DNA of 64,000 nt, from contig CAYLVW010000002.1 in the NCBI GenBank assembly GCA_964387275.1, positions 127,286 through 191,285 of the forward strand. Reading direction: 5' to 3'. The notes under the pieces were generated by a model. It did no database searches. It was not told where the DNA came from and was given only the letters and a program-made list of their open reading frames with translations. Below, in pieces: positions 1 to 9,193 of the stretch. Origin of the DNA: an uncultured Candidatus Saccharibacteria bacterium. GTDB taxonomy: Bacteria; Patescibacteriota; WWE3; UBA101185; UBA10185. Made by a program: the position numbers and the translations under genes. The number at the start of each line of letters is the position of its first letter. Position 1 is the stretch's first letter.

Positions 1-93
1 TAACGACCGATGGGGTTAAATATCTAACTACCCATGTAGTTTTCCTAAGAGTTGAAGTTTTAGGTTTGTCTTGAGTAACTGTTGGCTTTGGCA

Positions 94-2205
94 TTACTTA
101 CCTCCAGATCTCTTATCATAGTAAGTCTGACCATTAATTGGGTATACCTCCACACTCCAAGAATCAACAATAAAAAACCTGTATTGCGTTCTTGCGGTAG
201 TATCTGCGGGGACAGTGTTAACAAGAGTTGGTCTCCAACCCTGCTCATCACTACGGTAAGTAACCATAATGAACTTATCACTTCGGTTAGGGCAGGGATC
301 CCAGTAAGCGTAGCTTACAGGAACAGTGTACTCATAAGAATTAATGGAATACAAAATTCCAACCTGTTCCCATGCATAAGCTGTAATCTCATCGGCCTTC
401 AAACAATCGGCTTGATGAGGCTCAATAACAGGTGTGGGAGGCACGTCGTACATAGTTCTAACACCAACAGGAGCAATATCTACTTGATGGTTAGAAATAA
501 CAAAAATCCTGTAATTCTCTCTAGGATTTGTCCCACCGGGAACAGTGTTAACAAGAGTTGGTCTCCAACCCTGCTCATCACTACGGTAAGTAACCATAAT
601 GAACTTATCACTTCGGTTAGGGCAGGGATCCCAGTAAGCGTAGCTTACAGGAACAGTGTACTCATAAGAATTAATGGAATACAAAATTCCAACCTGTTCC
701 CATGCATAAGCTGTAATCTCATCGGCCTTCAAACAATCGGCTTGATGAGGCTCAACCGGAAATTCCGTAGGAACCGGCGTTGCACTAGGAGCAATAGTAG
801 GAGTCGGGCTAGAAGTTGGGATCAAGGTAGGAACCGACGCAAGTTGAATAACCCCTGAAAGAATGTCAGTTGAAGGCGTTGCCGTAACAACGACATCTTG
901 AATTCTTTCAGAATAAGCAGATACGAGAAGATCAAAGTAGTCGTCTCCAAGAGGTTGGTAAGTAAATGTAATAAAGGTGCTTTTACCTACGTGTTCATTG
1001 ATCTCTCTAGCAACAGCGTTTAATTCACTATAAACAGCATCCAACTGCCTTTGCCAATCCCGGGCAATACCAAGCTTATTCGTATCCCCATTAGCATCAA
1101 AAGCAGCTTTAGAAAGCTCCATATGAATACGAGAGGCTTCAACAATAAGTTTAGCGAATTTCTTGTAAAGCTCTTTCTCAGAGACTTCCAAACTAAGACC
1201 ATTAATTTGAGTCTCAAAAGACTCAATTACATAACCCTCATCACCAACATATCCAATCTGATACCAAGCATCAAGCCTCTTATAGATAGACTCGGCACTA
1301 ACTGTAGTTTCAGTACCGTTAACAAACTGTGTCCAATTAACTCTCTTAGCCTCAGTACCAGTAGCAGACATAAAAGCCTGCCGGTAGGAAAAAAGGTTTA
1401 GATTAGTCTTATAGACAAAGGCGCCCACATAGTTAAGGTGATATTCGATTAAACCTCTGCTCTGTGCATCAGTAAGTACAGGCAGTGATTCATTAAGATC
1501 CTTATCGATGCTGATGCGGGAGTCGATTTCAACGACATTACCAGGAACTTCAGACGCAACAACAGTAGGAATAGACGTAGCAACAACCTCAACAACAGGA
1601 TCATTATAACCACGAAGGGCAATAACACCAGCGCCAACCAAAACAAGAAGCCCAAAACCATAGATAGCCCCTCTCGTAGTAAGAAATCCAAATCCCTTAA
1701 CACTTCCAATAAGCGCAACTACAAGAACCCCCAAAACCAACCCAACAACAAGAAGTACCCAAAACCAAAAGAAAAATTGTGAGAAAAACTGGACAAGTGC
1801 AATAGTGGCAAGAATTACAGCAGAAACAGAACCAATAACCAAAGCATTGGTATCAAAGAATTCTTTGTAACTCCCACCAGAAACGCTACCACCACCTTTA
1901 ACCTCCCAATGGGGATTAAATTCTTGGTTAGGGTATTTAACACTAAAGCAGTAGATGGCAAATCTGTGATACAGATACAAGCCAAAAGCCAAAGTGAAAG
2001 TAATAACAACACCAAAAATAAAAACCGGATTAAGAAGATCAAAACTGTACATATCACAAATGTAGTTATTCAGGATAGAGAAAAGGCTCGAAATAACAAC
2101 CGCAACAAAGAAAGTAATGATACCAAATCCCTGCTTGTAAAAAACTGGGTTAAAATTAAACCAAGTATCATACTTATCAATAATAAGTTTCTTGAGTTGT
2201 CCCAT
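94..2205 (-). CDS. Membrane-anchored protein with several N-terminal TM helices, a Pro/Thr/Ser linker and a tandemly duplicated ~110-aa C-terminal domain; function unknown
   Basis: 703-aa ORF. Hydrophobic helices in first ~250 aa. The 73-aa block PVIEPHQADCLKADEITAYAWEQVGILYSINSYEYTVPVSYAYWDPCPNRSDKFIMVTYRSDEQGWRPTLVNTVP occurs twice, identical. Last gene of a minus-strand operon. Confidence 0.6.
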   Translation of the reverse strand: MGQLKKLIIDKYDTWFNFNPVFYKQGFGIITFFVAVVISSLFSILNNYICDMYSFDLLNPVFIFGVVITFTLAFGLYLYHRFAIYCFSVKYPNQEFNPHWEVKGGGSVSGGSYKEFFDTNALVIGSVSAVILATIALVQFFSQFFFWFWVLLVVGLVLGVLVVALIGSVKGFGFLTTRGAIYGFGLLVLVGAGVIALRGYNDPVVEVVATSIPTVVASEVPGNVVEIDSRISIDKDLNESLPVLTDAQSRGLIEYHLNYVGAFVYKTNLNLFSYRQAFMSATGTEAKRVNWTQFVNGTETTVSAESIYKRLDAWYQIGYVGDEGYVIESFETQINGLSLEVSEKELYKKFAKLIVEASRIHMELSKAAFDANGDTNKLGIARDWQRQLDAVYSELNAVAREINEHVGKSTFITFTYQPLGDDYFDLLVSAYSERIQDVVVTATPSTDILSGVIQLASVPTLIPTSSPTPTIAPSATPVPTEFPVEPHQADCLKADEITAYAWEQVGILYSINSYEYTVPVSYAYWDPCPNRSDKFIMVTYRSDEQGWRPTLVNTVPGGTNPRENYRIFVISNHQVDIAPVGVRTMYDVPPTPVIEPHQADCLKADEITAYAWEQVGILYSINSYEYTVPVSYAYWDPCPNRSDKFIMVTYRSDEQGWRPTLVNTVPADTTARTQYRFFIVDSWSVEVYPINGQTYYDKRSGGK
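207..425. repeat. Copy 1 of a 219-bp near-identical tandem direct repeat (period 330 bp) inside the 703-aa CDS
   Basis: Read directly: cgggGacagtgttaacaagagttgg...cttgatgaggctcaa matches 537..755 with a single mismatch. Confidence 0.9.
537..755. repeat. Copy 2 of the 219-bp tandem direct repeat
   Basis: Same sequence as 207..425 except one G/A difference near the 5' end; flanks diverge immediately outside. Confidence 0.9.
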
Positions 2206-2354
2206 GAGTCCTCCATATACTCTTTGGTGATCTAAGTTTTCAACGTTCTGAGGTTTCCCTCAATGAACCTACGAGACCTTCTCGTTGGCTCAATAAAGGG
2301 GAGCTGGTGTGTAACGCGTAGCGTGGAACACCAGCTCTTCCCTCTCCTTAATTC

Positions 2355-2840
2355 TTAACCAAACAACCCAAAAAATATGGGTGGAAATTCAAACTGAACA
2401 AAACACCACAAAATGACAAATGTTAGTGAAGCGTGGTAAGTGAAAAACTGAACTCTACCAAGCCTACCAGAAGACAAACCCTTTGGGGGGTATGTATAGC
2501 GGGAAACTGCAAGAAAACCCAAAGCAATAAAAGCAGCAATAAACCATTGAAGAAAATCAACCTTAGGACCCATAAAATGCCACATTGGGCCGGTATAAAA
2601 CACACTAAATCCCCATGGCAAAGCAGGAAGCCCAATGATAGGATCAGCAACACCATTAAGGTTACCCAAAATGTAAGCTGAAAGATATTGAAGTCCCCAA
2701 AGAACCGCAGTAAGAGAAATCAAACCATAAACCCTCCTATAACCAAAGCTAGTGGTATTCCACAAGCCAAAGGCAATAAAATCCAAAACTTTAATGATCT
2801 TGGTCATCACGTCCCTAAAGGAGAAACTAAACTCTCTCAT
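2355..2840 (-). CDS. Hypothetical small polytopic membrane protein (about 4 TM helices)
   Basis: 161-aa ORF, hydrophobic helices, same strand and tight spacing with neighbours (4-nt overlap with the upstream gene). Confidence 0.45.
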   Translation of the reverse strand: MREFSFSFRDVMTKIIKVLDFIAFGLWNTTSFGYRRVYGLISLTAVLWGLQYLSAYILGNLNGVADPIIGLPALPWGFSVFYTGPMWHFMGPKVDFLQWFIAAFIALGFLAVSRYTYPPKGLSSGRLGRVQFFTYHASLTFVILWCFVQFEFPPIFFGLFG

Positions 2841-3931
2841 TTAGCGCCTCCTTGGTGCGATTCCGAGGTAGGCTCAGATCGGTTAAACAGATTCCCAAAC
2901 CCTGAAAAAACTCCCTTAAACTTATCTGCAATCTCCCCAAAAGTAGAAGACCGTCTGGTATGAGTAAGGTGTTGTGAAGCAACATCAGGACTAACACCAG
3001 CATCTCTAAGCACACCAATTGCAATAGCGTCTTGCCGTGCAATACTGATGGTACGTTGATTAGCTTGAGCACTAGCATCAAGTTCTGGAGTACCTCTGTT
3101 ATTTGTAATAATCCCAATACCAAGCCTATGCTCACGGATAATTCTAGTCATCTCTTCAGTAAGACCAGCAACAAATTCATCATAATCCCGAAGGAACTTA
3201 TCAATACTAAGCCCATCATTATCGGCAGACCAGCGGGCAGAAAATTTAGCAACCTCAGATCTCAAATAAGGATCCAAAACTTCCTCAACGCGTCTGGGAG
3301 AAAAAGCCGTAGCTTCCTCTTCATCAGACAAAAGCACTCGGTACACTAGAGTCTGGGTCATACTCTGGATAACCCCAAGCAAATCAGTAAACTCAATCTC
3401 AAGCGAGTAGATCTTCTGACTTTCTTTAATCAGGGAATCAGAGAGTTTAAGCCAAACAGGAATGGTAACCAAAAACAGTAGAAGCGCGTACACACCCTGA
3501 TTAAGGCTATAGAAGAAATTGAAAAAGGCTCCAGTAACGTTACCAACGTAGTCTACACCAGGAGTGTAATAAAAATAGTAAGTGGTATTAAGATCACGAT
3601 TTGGTGCTTCTGGAAGTGTGATAATGAAAACGTTCTCAACCCCAGAGTTAAGATAGGTAACTCTACCAATGTCAAAATCTTGAAGGCTTCCGATAGGATT
3701 TTTCTGGTCAAGAGCATCCTGAATACTTCCATACACAGGATCCCCAATACCTTCTACAGGAATAACCTCATCAGATGAGGTGTCAGAAATACCCGGCTCA
3801 CCAACCGTACCAGAAGGAACACATGCAACCATAAAGATACTGGTAAATAGTGCAAGGATAAAAATCAGCGCCTTATTTACCACGATGGCCTCCTTCTGCC
3901 TTCTTCTGCGGGACTGCGGGACCACTTCCAA
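2837..3931 (-). CDS. Hypothetical membrane-anchored, possibly lipoprotein-like, protein with a large extracytoplasmic domain
   Basis: 364-aa ORF. N-terminal hydrophobic segment ending ...FMVACVPSG (lipobox-like), a second internal hydrophobic helix. Overlaps the upstream gene by 59 nt. Confidence 0.45.
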   Translation of the reverse strand: MEVVPQSRRRRQKEAIVVNKALIFILALFTSIFMVACVPSGTVGEPGISDTSSDEVIPVEGIGDPVYGSIQDALDQKNPIGSLQDFDIGRVTYLNSGVENVFIITLPEAPNRDLNTTYYFYYTPGVDYVGNVTGAFFNFFYSLNQGVYALLLFLVTIPVWLKLSDSLIKESQKIYSLEIEFTDLLGVIQSMTQTLVYRVLLSDEEEATAFSPRRVEEVLDPYLRSEVAKFSARWSADNDGLSIDKFLRDYDEFVAGLTEEMTRIIREHRLGIGIITNNRGTPELDASAQANQRTISIARQDAIAIGVLRDAGVSPDVASQHLTHTRRSSTFGEIADKFKGVFSGFGNLFNRSEPTSESHQGGAK

Positions 3932-4823
3932 AACCCTGCTCCGCCTGAGTATTGTAGAGATAAATTACAGCAGCAATAGCAATAACCCCGTAGGTCAAAA
4001 GCTGCATATCATTGACAGCAGTACTAATAGTCACGCCAATAGCCAAAATATCGTAAAAGAAAGGAATATCAAAGTTGCTCCTCATATTATTCATAACTTC
4101 AATGCCATTAGCCTTACCAATACCAACACCAACGGCAAGGATAATCAGAAAAATTAGAAAAGCCCCAAACATAGTGCTAAACACCCACCCCTTAATCTGC
4201 TCACGAGCAGCATACAAAGCAAGACCCAAACCAAGGGTAAGAACAACGGGAAATTGGCTAGTAATAAAATTCCAAAAACCAAAGTTAAGAAAAACCATCA
4301 ATCCAAAAACTACAGCCATCAAAATCCCTCCAATAGTGAGCAAATCTCTAAACTCGTAGCGACCATCAAAAAGCCCGGCAATGCTGTCTACAACTGTTCT
4401 GTACATCTTCCGTGGATTACGGAAGAACATAAACAAAAAGACAACCCCAACCAGAAAAATCCAAAAACCCAGATCAACAAAGTTATTCTGAGCAAAATTG
4501 GAAGCACTGGAAAAATAGACACTAAGAGTATCAAGATCTCCAGCATTAAAAGGCAAAAATGCCCAAACGGCATTATAGGTTTCACTGGCACTTCTAGCCC
4601 AAAGACCTACATACTTAGCGGCCAAATCACCAACTTCAGCATTACCCCCAGATACAAATTGAGCAGAATCTTTTGCCCCATTAATAGCAAGGGGGCCACA
4701 AGAGTTAAGTGACAAGCCACAAGCAAAAAATAGGAACGTAAAGGGTACGACAATCCTATAAATCAAATTCCATGCAGCTTTCATTACAGTTTCTCCCTGT
4801 TTTTTGTGGTGTTCAGTTTTCAA
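3873..4823 (-). CDS. Hypothetical polytopic membrane protein (5-6 TM helices); weak resemblance to VirB6/TrbL-type proteins
   Basis: 316-aa ORF rich in TM helices. First gene of the minus-strand operon 4823->94, preceded by a 405-nt AT-rich leader (4824..5228). Confidence 0.4.
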   Translation of the reverse strand: MKTEHHKKQGETVMKAAWNLIYRIVVPFTFLFFACGLSLNSCGPLAINGAKDSAQFVSGGNAEVGDLAAKYVGLWARSASETYNAVWAFLPFNAGDLDTLSVYFSSASNFAQNNFVDLGFWIFLVGVVFLFMFFRNPRKMYRTVVDSIAGLFDGRYEFRDLLTIGGILMAVVFGLMVFLNFGFWNFITSQFPVVLTLGLGLALYAAREQIKGWVFSTMFGAFLIFLIILAVGVGIGKANGIEVMNNMRSNFDIPFFYDILAIGVTISTAVNDMQLLTYGVIAIAAVIYLYNTQAEQGFGSGPAVPQKKAEGGHRGK

Positions 4824-5228
4824 TGTTCACGCACAACGTAACTATCACTTAATGAATAAGAAAATACTTACAGATTGTGGTTAAGAAGTGATGTGGACTT
4901 ATAGTTCCACACTATAGGACACTTTATTTGTGTTACCTACATTTACGTAGGAATAGTACACTTTGGGAGGGTATATTGCAATACATTATAGGATTATATT
5001 TTTAACCAGTAATTTACGTAAAAAGTTTTGTAAAAAATGCTTGTTTTTATTTTAATGACGTACTGATAATAGGAAATCGTTGATAATAATATGTAAATAC
5101 CTAGAGGTTATAATTCATTTCTTAAAACTTCTGTGATTTACGGGTATTTTTTTAAGATTTCTAGTAGTAGCAGGAAAACACAGTGAAAAATTAGAGCAAA
5201 CCATACACATAAGAGGGTGTTGATAATA

Positions 5229-7520
5229 TTAATGGGTTGTTGGCCATTTTTCGGCTACCAATAACGTGTTTTCAGACTCTTTAGGGATATGGTTCCAAAT
5301 CTCTTCAGTAACAAAAGGCATAAAAGGGTGAAGTAACTTAAGACAGGTTAATAGTGTGTACCTCAAAACTGCTAAAGCAACATCCTTATCGTCTCTTTTT
5401 TTAACTTGTTCTATGTATTTATCTGCTACTTCTTTCCATACAAACTGATAAATAGTGTCAGCTGCGTCAGCAAATCTAAACTTCTCGAGATTCTCCTGCA
5501 CTAACTCTACAGAGGATTTTAGTCCACTTAAAATGACTTCATCATCGCCACTTAATCTAAGATCTAGGATGACACCAGAAGAACTAGAAAAAGTGGTCCC
5601 ATTATAAAAGGGGGGCTCTTTATTACTTCTTGAGTAATATTCCTCAAACATCATCATCATAAACCTAGTCATATTCCACAGCTTATTTGAAAAATTCCTA
5701 TAAGCCAAAACCCTATCTTTAGGGAATGAAAAGTCCTTACCATTAGCAGTCCCACTGATAAGCCCCATTCTAAGAGCGTCCACACCAAACTCCTCAATAT
5801 ACTCCTCAGGATTTATCACATTTCCCAAACTTTTACTCATTTTTCTACCATCAGGGGCTTTTACTGTACCGTGTAAATACACGTTTTTAAAAGGTGGTGT
5901 GCCATTAGTAAGGTACATACCAAACATAATCATCCTACTAACCCACCTTGTAATAATCTCCCAACCAGTTTCTAACACGTCAGTTGGATAAAAATACTTA
6001 AAATCTTCGGAATCTGGATAACCCAATGTAGCAACAGGCCACTGCCCACTAGAAAACCATGTGTCAAAAGTATCTGTCTCTTGAATATAGTTATCCCCAG
6101 GACTTTCTACACTAAAAACCGGGGTTGAATTTTTTGGAACTATCATCTTTTGTAAACCCGTCTTAATAGCTGTAATACTATTTTCTTTTAATAGCTCAGA
6201 TATTTTTCCTGAAAAAACTGTACCATCTTTAATAAAAGTAACTTGTAAATCAGGGTTTTTGGTGGTGTCGTACCAAAAGGGTATTCTAATTCCCCACACT
6301 GTTTGTCTAGATATTGGCCAATCTCTCATACCTTCCATCCATCTTAAATAAGTTATTTCTCTCCACTTCGGATAAATTTGAACTTTACCGCTTTTCACAG
6401 CCTCATAAGCAGGTTCTTTTAAGGTATCTACCTTAATAAACCAGTTTGGCAACACAAGGTTCTCAATATCATGTCCTGCTCTGTAGTCCACAGGCACTAA
6501 ATGAGTGTAATCATTGTCAATCTTCTCAATAAGGCCTTTCTCTTCAAGCTCTGCAACAATAGCCTTCCTTGCTTCAAGCACTTTCATTCCGGAAAATCTA
6601 CCAGCCTTACTGTTAAGCCTACCGTTAAGATCTATTATGCTAACTACATCTAAATTATGCCTAATGCCCACCTCATAATCATTTTTATCGTGAGCCGGGG
6701 TAATTTTTACAACACCTGTACCAAAACTCATATCTACATAAGTATCGGCGATAACCTTTAGCTTAACAGGCCCTAAAAGTCCTTCAAAAGTTATATCCTT
6801 ACCAATGTAATCTTTATACCTATCATCATTAGGATTAACTGCTACCGCAGTATCTCCAAATTTTGTTTCTGGTCTAACTGTTGCTAAAACAAAGGGCCCG
6901 TACTTCAAATAATATAGTGGGTCTTTTCTTTCTACATATTGAATTTCAGCATCGCTAAAAGTAGTACCCCAATAGGGGCTGTAGTTAACAATGTAATCAT
7001 CTCTATATACTAAACCGTCTTTATAAAGTCTCTCAAAAGTCGAATAAACAACGTTTAAAACATCCTTATCTAAGGTAAACTTGTACCTAGTCCAGTCAAC
7101 ACTGGCGCCCATTATTCTCATTTGATTTTCAATATTCTTCTTATTTTCATGGACAAAGTCCCAAATTTTCTGGTATAGGGTGTCTCTGTCAAAATCAAAA
7201 CGTGATTTACCTTCTTTTTTCAGCAGTCTTTCATAGGTGGTTTGGGTTTCAAATCCCGCGTGATCTGTACCAGGAATCCATAAAGCATTAAATCCCTGCA
7301 TTCTTTTCCATCTGATTAAAACATCCTCTATTGCAATCATTAAAATATTTCCTGTGTGCATTTTTCCAGAAGCGTTTGGTGGAGGAAGCAATATCGTAAA
7401 GGGTTTAATATTTTTGTTTATTTTTGGGGTAAAAACACCTGATTTTTCCCACATCTCATAGATTCTGGACTCAATTTCTTTATAGTTAAATTTTTTATCT
7501 AATTCTTTGTATCTTGGCAT
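5229..7520 (-). CDS. valS: Valyl-tRNA synthetase (class I aaRS), compact form lacking a long C-terminal coiled coil
   Basis: PPPNASGKMHTGN (HIGH-region variant typical of ValRS PPPNVTG.LH.GH), WIPGTDHAGFETQ and KMSKSLGNVINP motifs; 763 aa. Confidence 0.8.
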   Translation of the reverse strand: MPRYKELDKKFNYKEIESRIYEMWEKSGVFTPKINKNIKPFTILLPPPNASGKMHTGNILMIAIEDVLIRWKRMQGFNALWIPGTDHAGFETQTTYERLLKKEGKSRFDFDRDTLYQKIWDFVHENKKNIENQMRIMGASVDWTRYKFTLDKDVLNVVYSTFERLYKDGLVYRDDYIVNYSPYWGTTFSDAEIQYVERKDPLYYLKYGPFVLATVRPETKFGDTAVAVNPNDDRYKDYIGKDITFEGLLGPVKLKVIADTYVDMSFGTGVVKITPAHDKNDYEVGIRHNLDVVSIIDLNGRLNSKAGRFSGMKVLEARKAIVAELEEKGLIEKIDNDYTHLVPVDYRAGHDIENLVLPNWFIKVDTLKEPAYEAVKSGKVQIYPKWREITYLRWMEGMRDWPISRQTVWGIRIPFWYDTTKNPDLQVTFIKDGTVFSGKISELLKENSITAIKTGLQKMIVPKNSTPVFSVESPGDNYIQETDTFDTWFSSGQWPVATLGYPDSEDFKYFYPTDVLETGWEIITRWVSRMIMFGMYLTNGTPPFKNVYLHGTVKAPDGRKMSKSLGNVINPEEYIEEFGVDALRMGLISGTANGKDFSFPKDRVLAYRNFSNKLWNMTRFMMMMFEEYYSRSNKEPPFYNGTTFSSSSGVILDLRLSGDDEVILSGLKSSVELVQENLEKFRFADAADTIYQFVWKEVADKYIEQVKKRDDKDVALAVLRYTLLTCLKLLHPFMPFVTEEIWNHIPKESENTLLVAEKWPTTH

Positions 7521-7553
7521 AAAAACTACGAAAGTATAGTGTAAATTAAATCC

Positions 7554-7805
7554 TTAATCAACTAACTCTCCGTCAACAACTGTAGAATGTTTCTTTCTTA
7601 CCTCATCAGGACTGGCTTTTTTTAACTGCTCTTTCCTATACTCTAAGTAACTAAGCAATAAGGTCCCCAAAAGTACAACAATGTCATCACTTAACCCTAG
7701 TGCTGGTAAAAAGTCTGGCAATATATCTGTAGGTGTGAGCACATACAAAATAGCCAACACCACTTTCCAATTTTTCTTCAAAAAAGTTTTTATATCGAAT
7801 TTCAT
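7554..7805 (-). CDS. Small membrane protein, DUF1232/YkvA-like
   Basis: 83 aa with ILPDFLPALGLSDDIVVL, reminiscent of the YkvA/DUF1232 motif. Confidence 0.4.
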   Translation of the reverse strand: MKFDIKTFLKKNWKVVLAILYVLTPTDILPDFLPALGLSDDIVVLLGTLLLSYLEYRKEQLKKASPDEVRKKHSTVVDGELVD

Positions 7806-7871
7806 AATTATTAAGTTAAATCAATTAACGTTATAGAAATTATACCAACATGTTGATAAAATAGCGTCATT

Positions 7872-9149
7872 ATGAGACAAACAAAATTATTTTCAAAGAC
7901 AACTAAAAGCAGTAAAGAATTTGATTCAGTAAATGCTACCTTACTTACTAAAGCTGGGTATATAGATCAAGTTATGTCCGGTGTTTATACATACTTACCT
8001 TTAGGATTAAGAGTTTTAAAAAAAATTGAAAGTATTGTTCGTGACGAAATGGATAAAATATCCGTGGAGCTTAGAATGTCAGCGCTATCACCAACAGAAA
8101 TATGGAATAAAACAGGTAGGCTCGATTCTATAGATGTACTCATGAAAACTCTACCTGCTAATCAATTAGCAAAAGAAAAAAATGATTCTACCTACATCCT
8201 AAACCCAACACACGAAGAAATAATCACACCACTATCTAAAATTTTTAATGTATCCTATAAGGATTTTCCAATTAGTGCCTATCAGATACTAGTTAAATTT
8301 AGAAATGAGGTCAGACCAAAATCAGGATTATTAAGAGGGAGAGAATTTTTAATGAAGGATATGTATAGTTTCCATACATCAAAAGAAGATTTTCAAAAAT
8401 ATTATGAGGATGTAAAAAATTACTATATGAATGTCTACAAAAGAATAGGTCTAGGAGAAGACACTATGATTGCTTTAGCATCAGGAGGAGATTTTGCAAA
8501 AGAATTTTCACATGAATTTCAAACTAAATGTGATTCAGGTGAAGATCTAATCTTTCATGTTCCTAGTAAAAATGTTTATTACAATAAAGAAGTTGCACCA
8601 ACAAATACAGGTAAATTAGCCGAGGAAGGAGATGTGTTTCCTGAAACAGGAGAAAAATATGAAGTTATTAAAGCTTCTGAGGTTGGGAACATATTCACCT
8701 TAAATACAAAATATACAAAAGCTTTTGATTATTTATATACAGCTCAAGATGGTGAAAAAAAAGAAATATATATGGGTTGTTATGGTATTGGTATAAGTAG
8801 GTTAATGGGAGTGGTTGTAGAAAAGTTTCATGATGAAAAAGGTATTATGTGGCCAGAATCAATTGCTCCATATAAAATTCATCTTTTAGGGCTTGGAATG
8901 GATCAGGAAGATGTAAGAAACAAAGTAGAAGATGTCTACAAAAAGTTATTAGATCTAGGTATTGAAGTTCTTTTTGATGACAGAATTGAAACAAGTGCTG
9001 GAGAAAAACTAGGAGATGCTGATCTTATAGGATGCCCATACAGAGTTGTTATTTCTAAAAAAACCGGAGAGCAGGTAGAAGTAAAAAAGCGCTCTGAAAA
9101 AGAACCATCCAGGCTAAGCGTCACTGAGTTACTCGCACATATGAAATAA
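7872..9149 (+). CDS. proS: Prolyl-tRNA synthetase (class II), short form without an inserted editing (INS) domain
   Basis: N-terminus KAGYIDQVMSGVYTYLPLGLRVLKKIESIVRDEM matches ProRS motif 1 region; C-terminal class II anticodon-binding domain (HLLGLG...GIEVLFDD...GCPYRVVIS). Only 425 aa. Confidence 0.8.
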   Translation: MRQTKLFSKTTKSSKEFDSVNATLLTKAGYIDQVMSGVYTYLPLGLRVLKKIESIVRDEMDKISVELRMSALSPTEIWNKTGRLDSIDVLMKTLPANQLAKEKNDSTYILNPTHEEIITPLSKIFNVSYKDFPISAYQILVKFRNEVRPKSGLLRGREFLMKDMYSFHTSKEDFQKYYEDVKNYYMNVYKRIGLGEDTMIALASGGDFAKEFSHEFQTKCDSGEDLIFHVPSKNVYYNKEVAPTNTGKLAEEGDVFPETGEKYEVIKASEVGNIFTLNTKYTKAFDYLYTAQDGEKKEIYMGCYGIGISRLMGVVVEKFHDEKGIMWPESIAPYKIHLLGLGMDQEDVRNKVEDVYKKLLDLGIEVLFDDRIETSAGEKLGDADLIGCPYRVVISKKTGEQVEVKKRSEKEPSRLSVTELLAHMK

Positions 9150-9193
9150 TCAAAATTTAGTGCTAGTTGGAAACAGATTTTCACCAAGACAAC

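Noticed and set aside
82-858. 258-aa plus-strand ORF with an internal repeat
   Set aside because: It lies entirely antisense to the 703-aa gene and spans the 219-bp tandem duplication; its repeat is just the mirror of the real gene's repeat. Low-complexity Arg/Asn-rich tail and no start context; judged a shadow ORF.
3873-4823. Type IV secretion (VirB6-like) interpretation of the first operon
   Set aside because: Only the topological resemblance of one polytopic protein; no VirB4/VirD4 ATPase, relaxase or VirB8-10-like genes are present in the operon, so a T4SS call is unsupported.
7806-7871. Looked for T-box leaders upstream of proS, valS and trpS
   Set aside because: Upstream spacers are only about 30-70 nt (66 nt for proS, 33 nt for valS, 72 nt for trpS with a tRNA directly before it), too short for a T-box; no specifier/antiterminator pattern seen.
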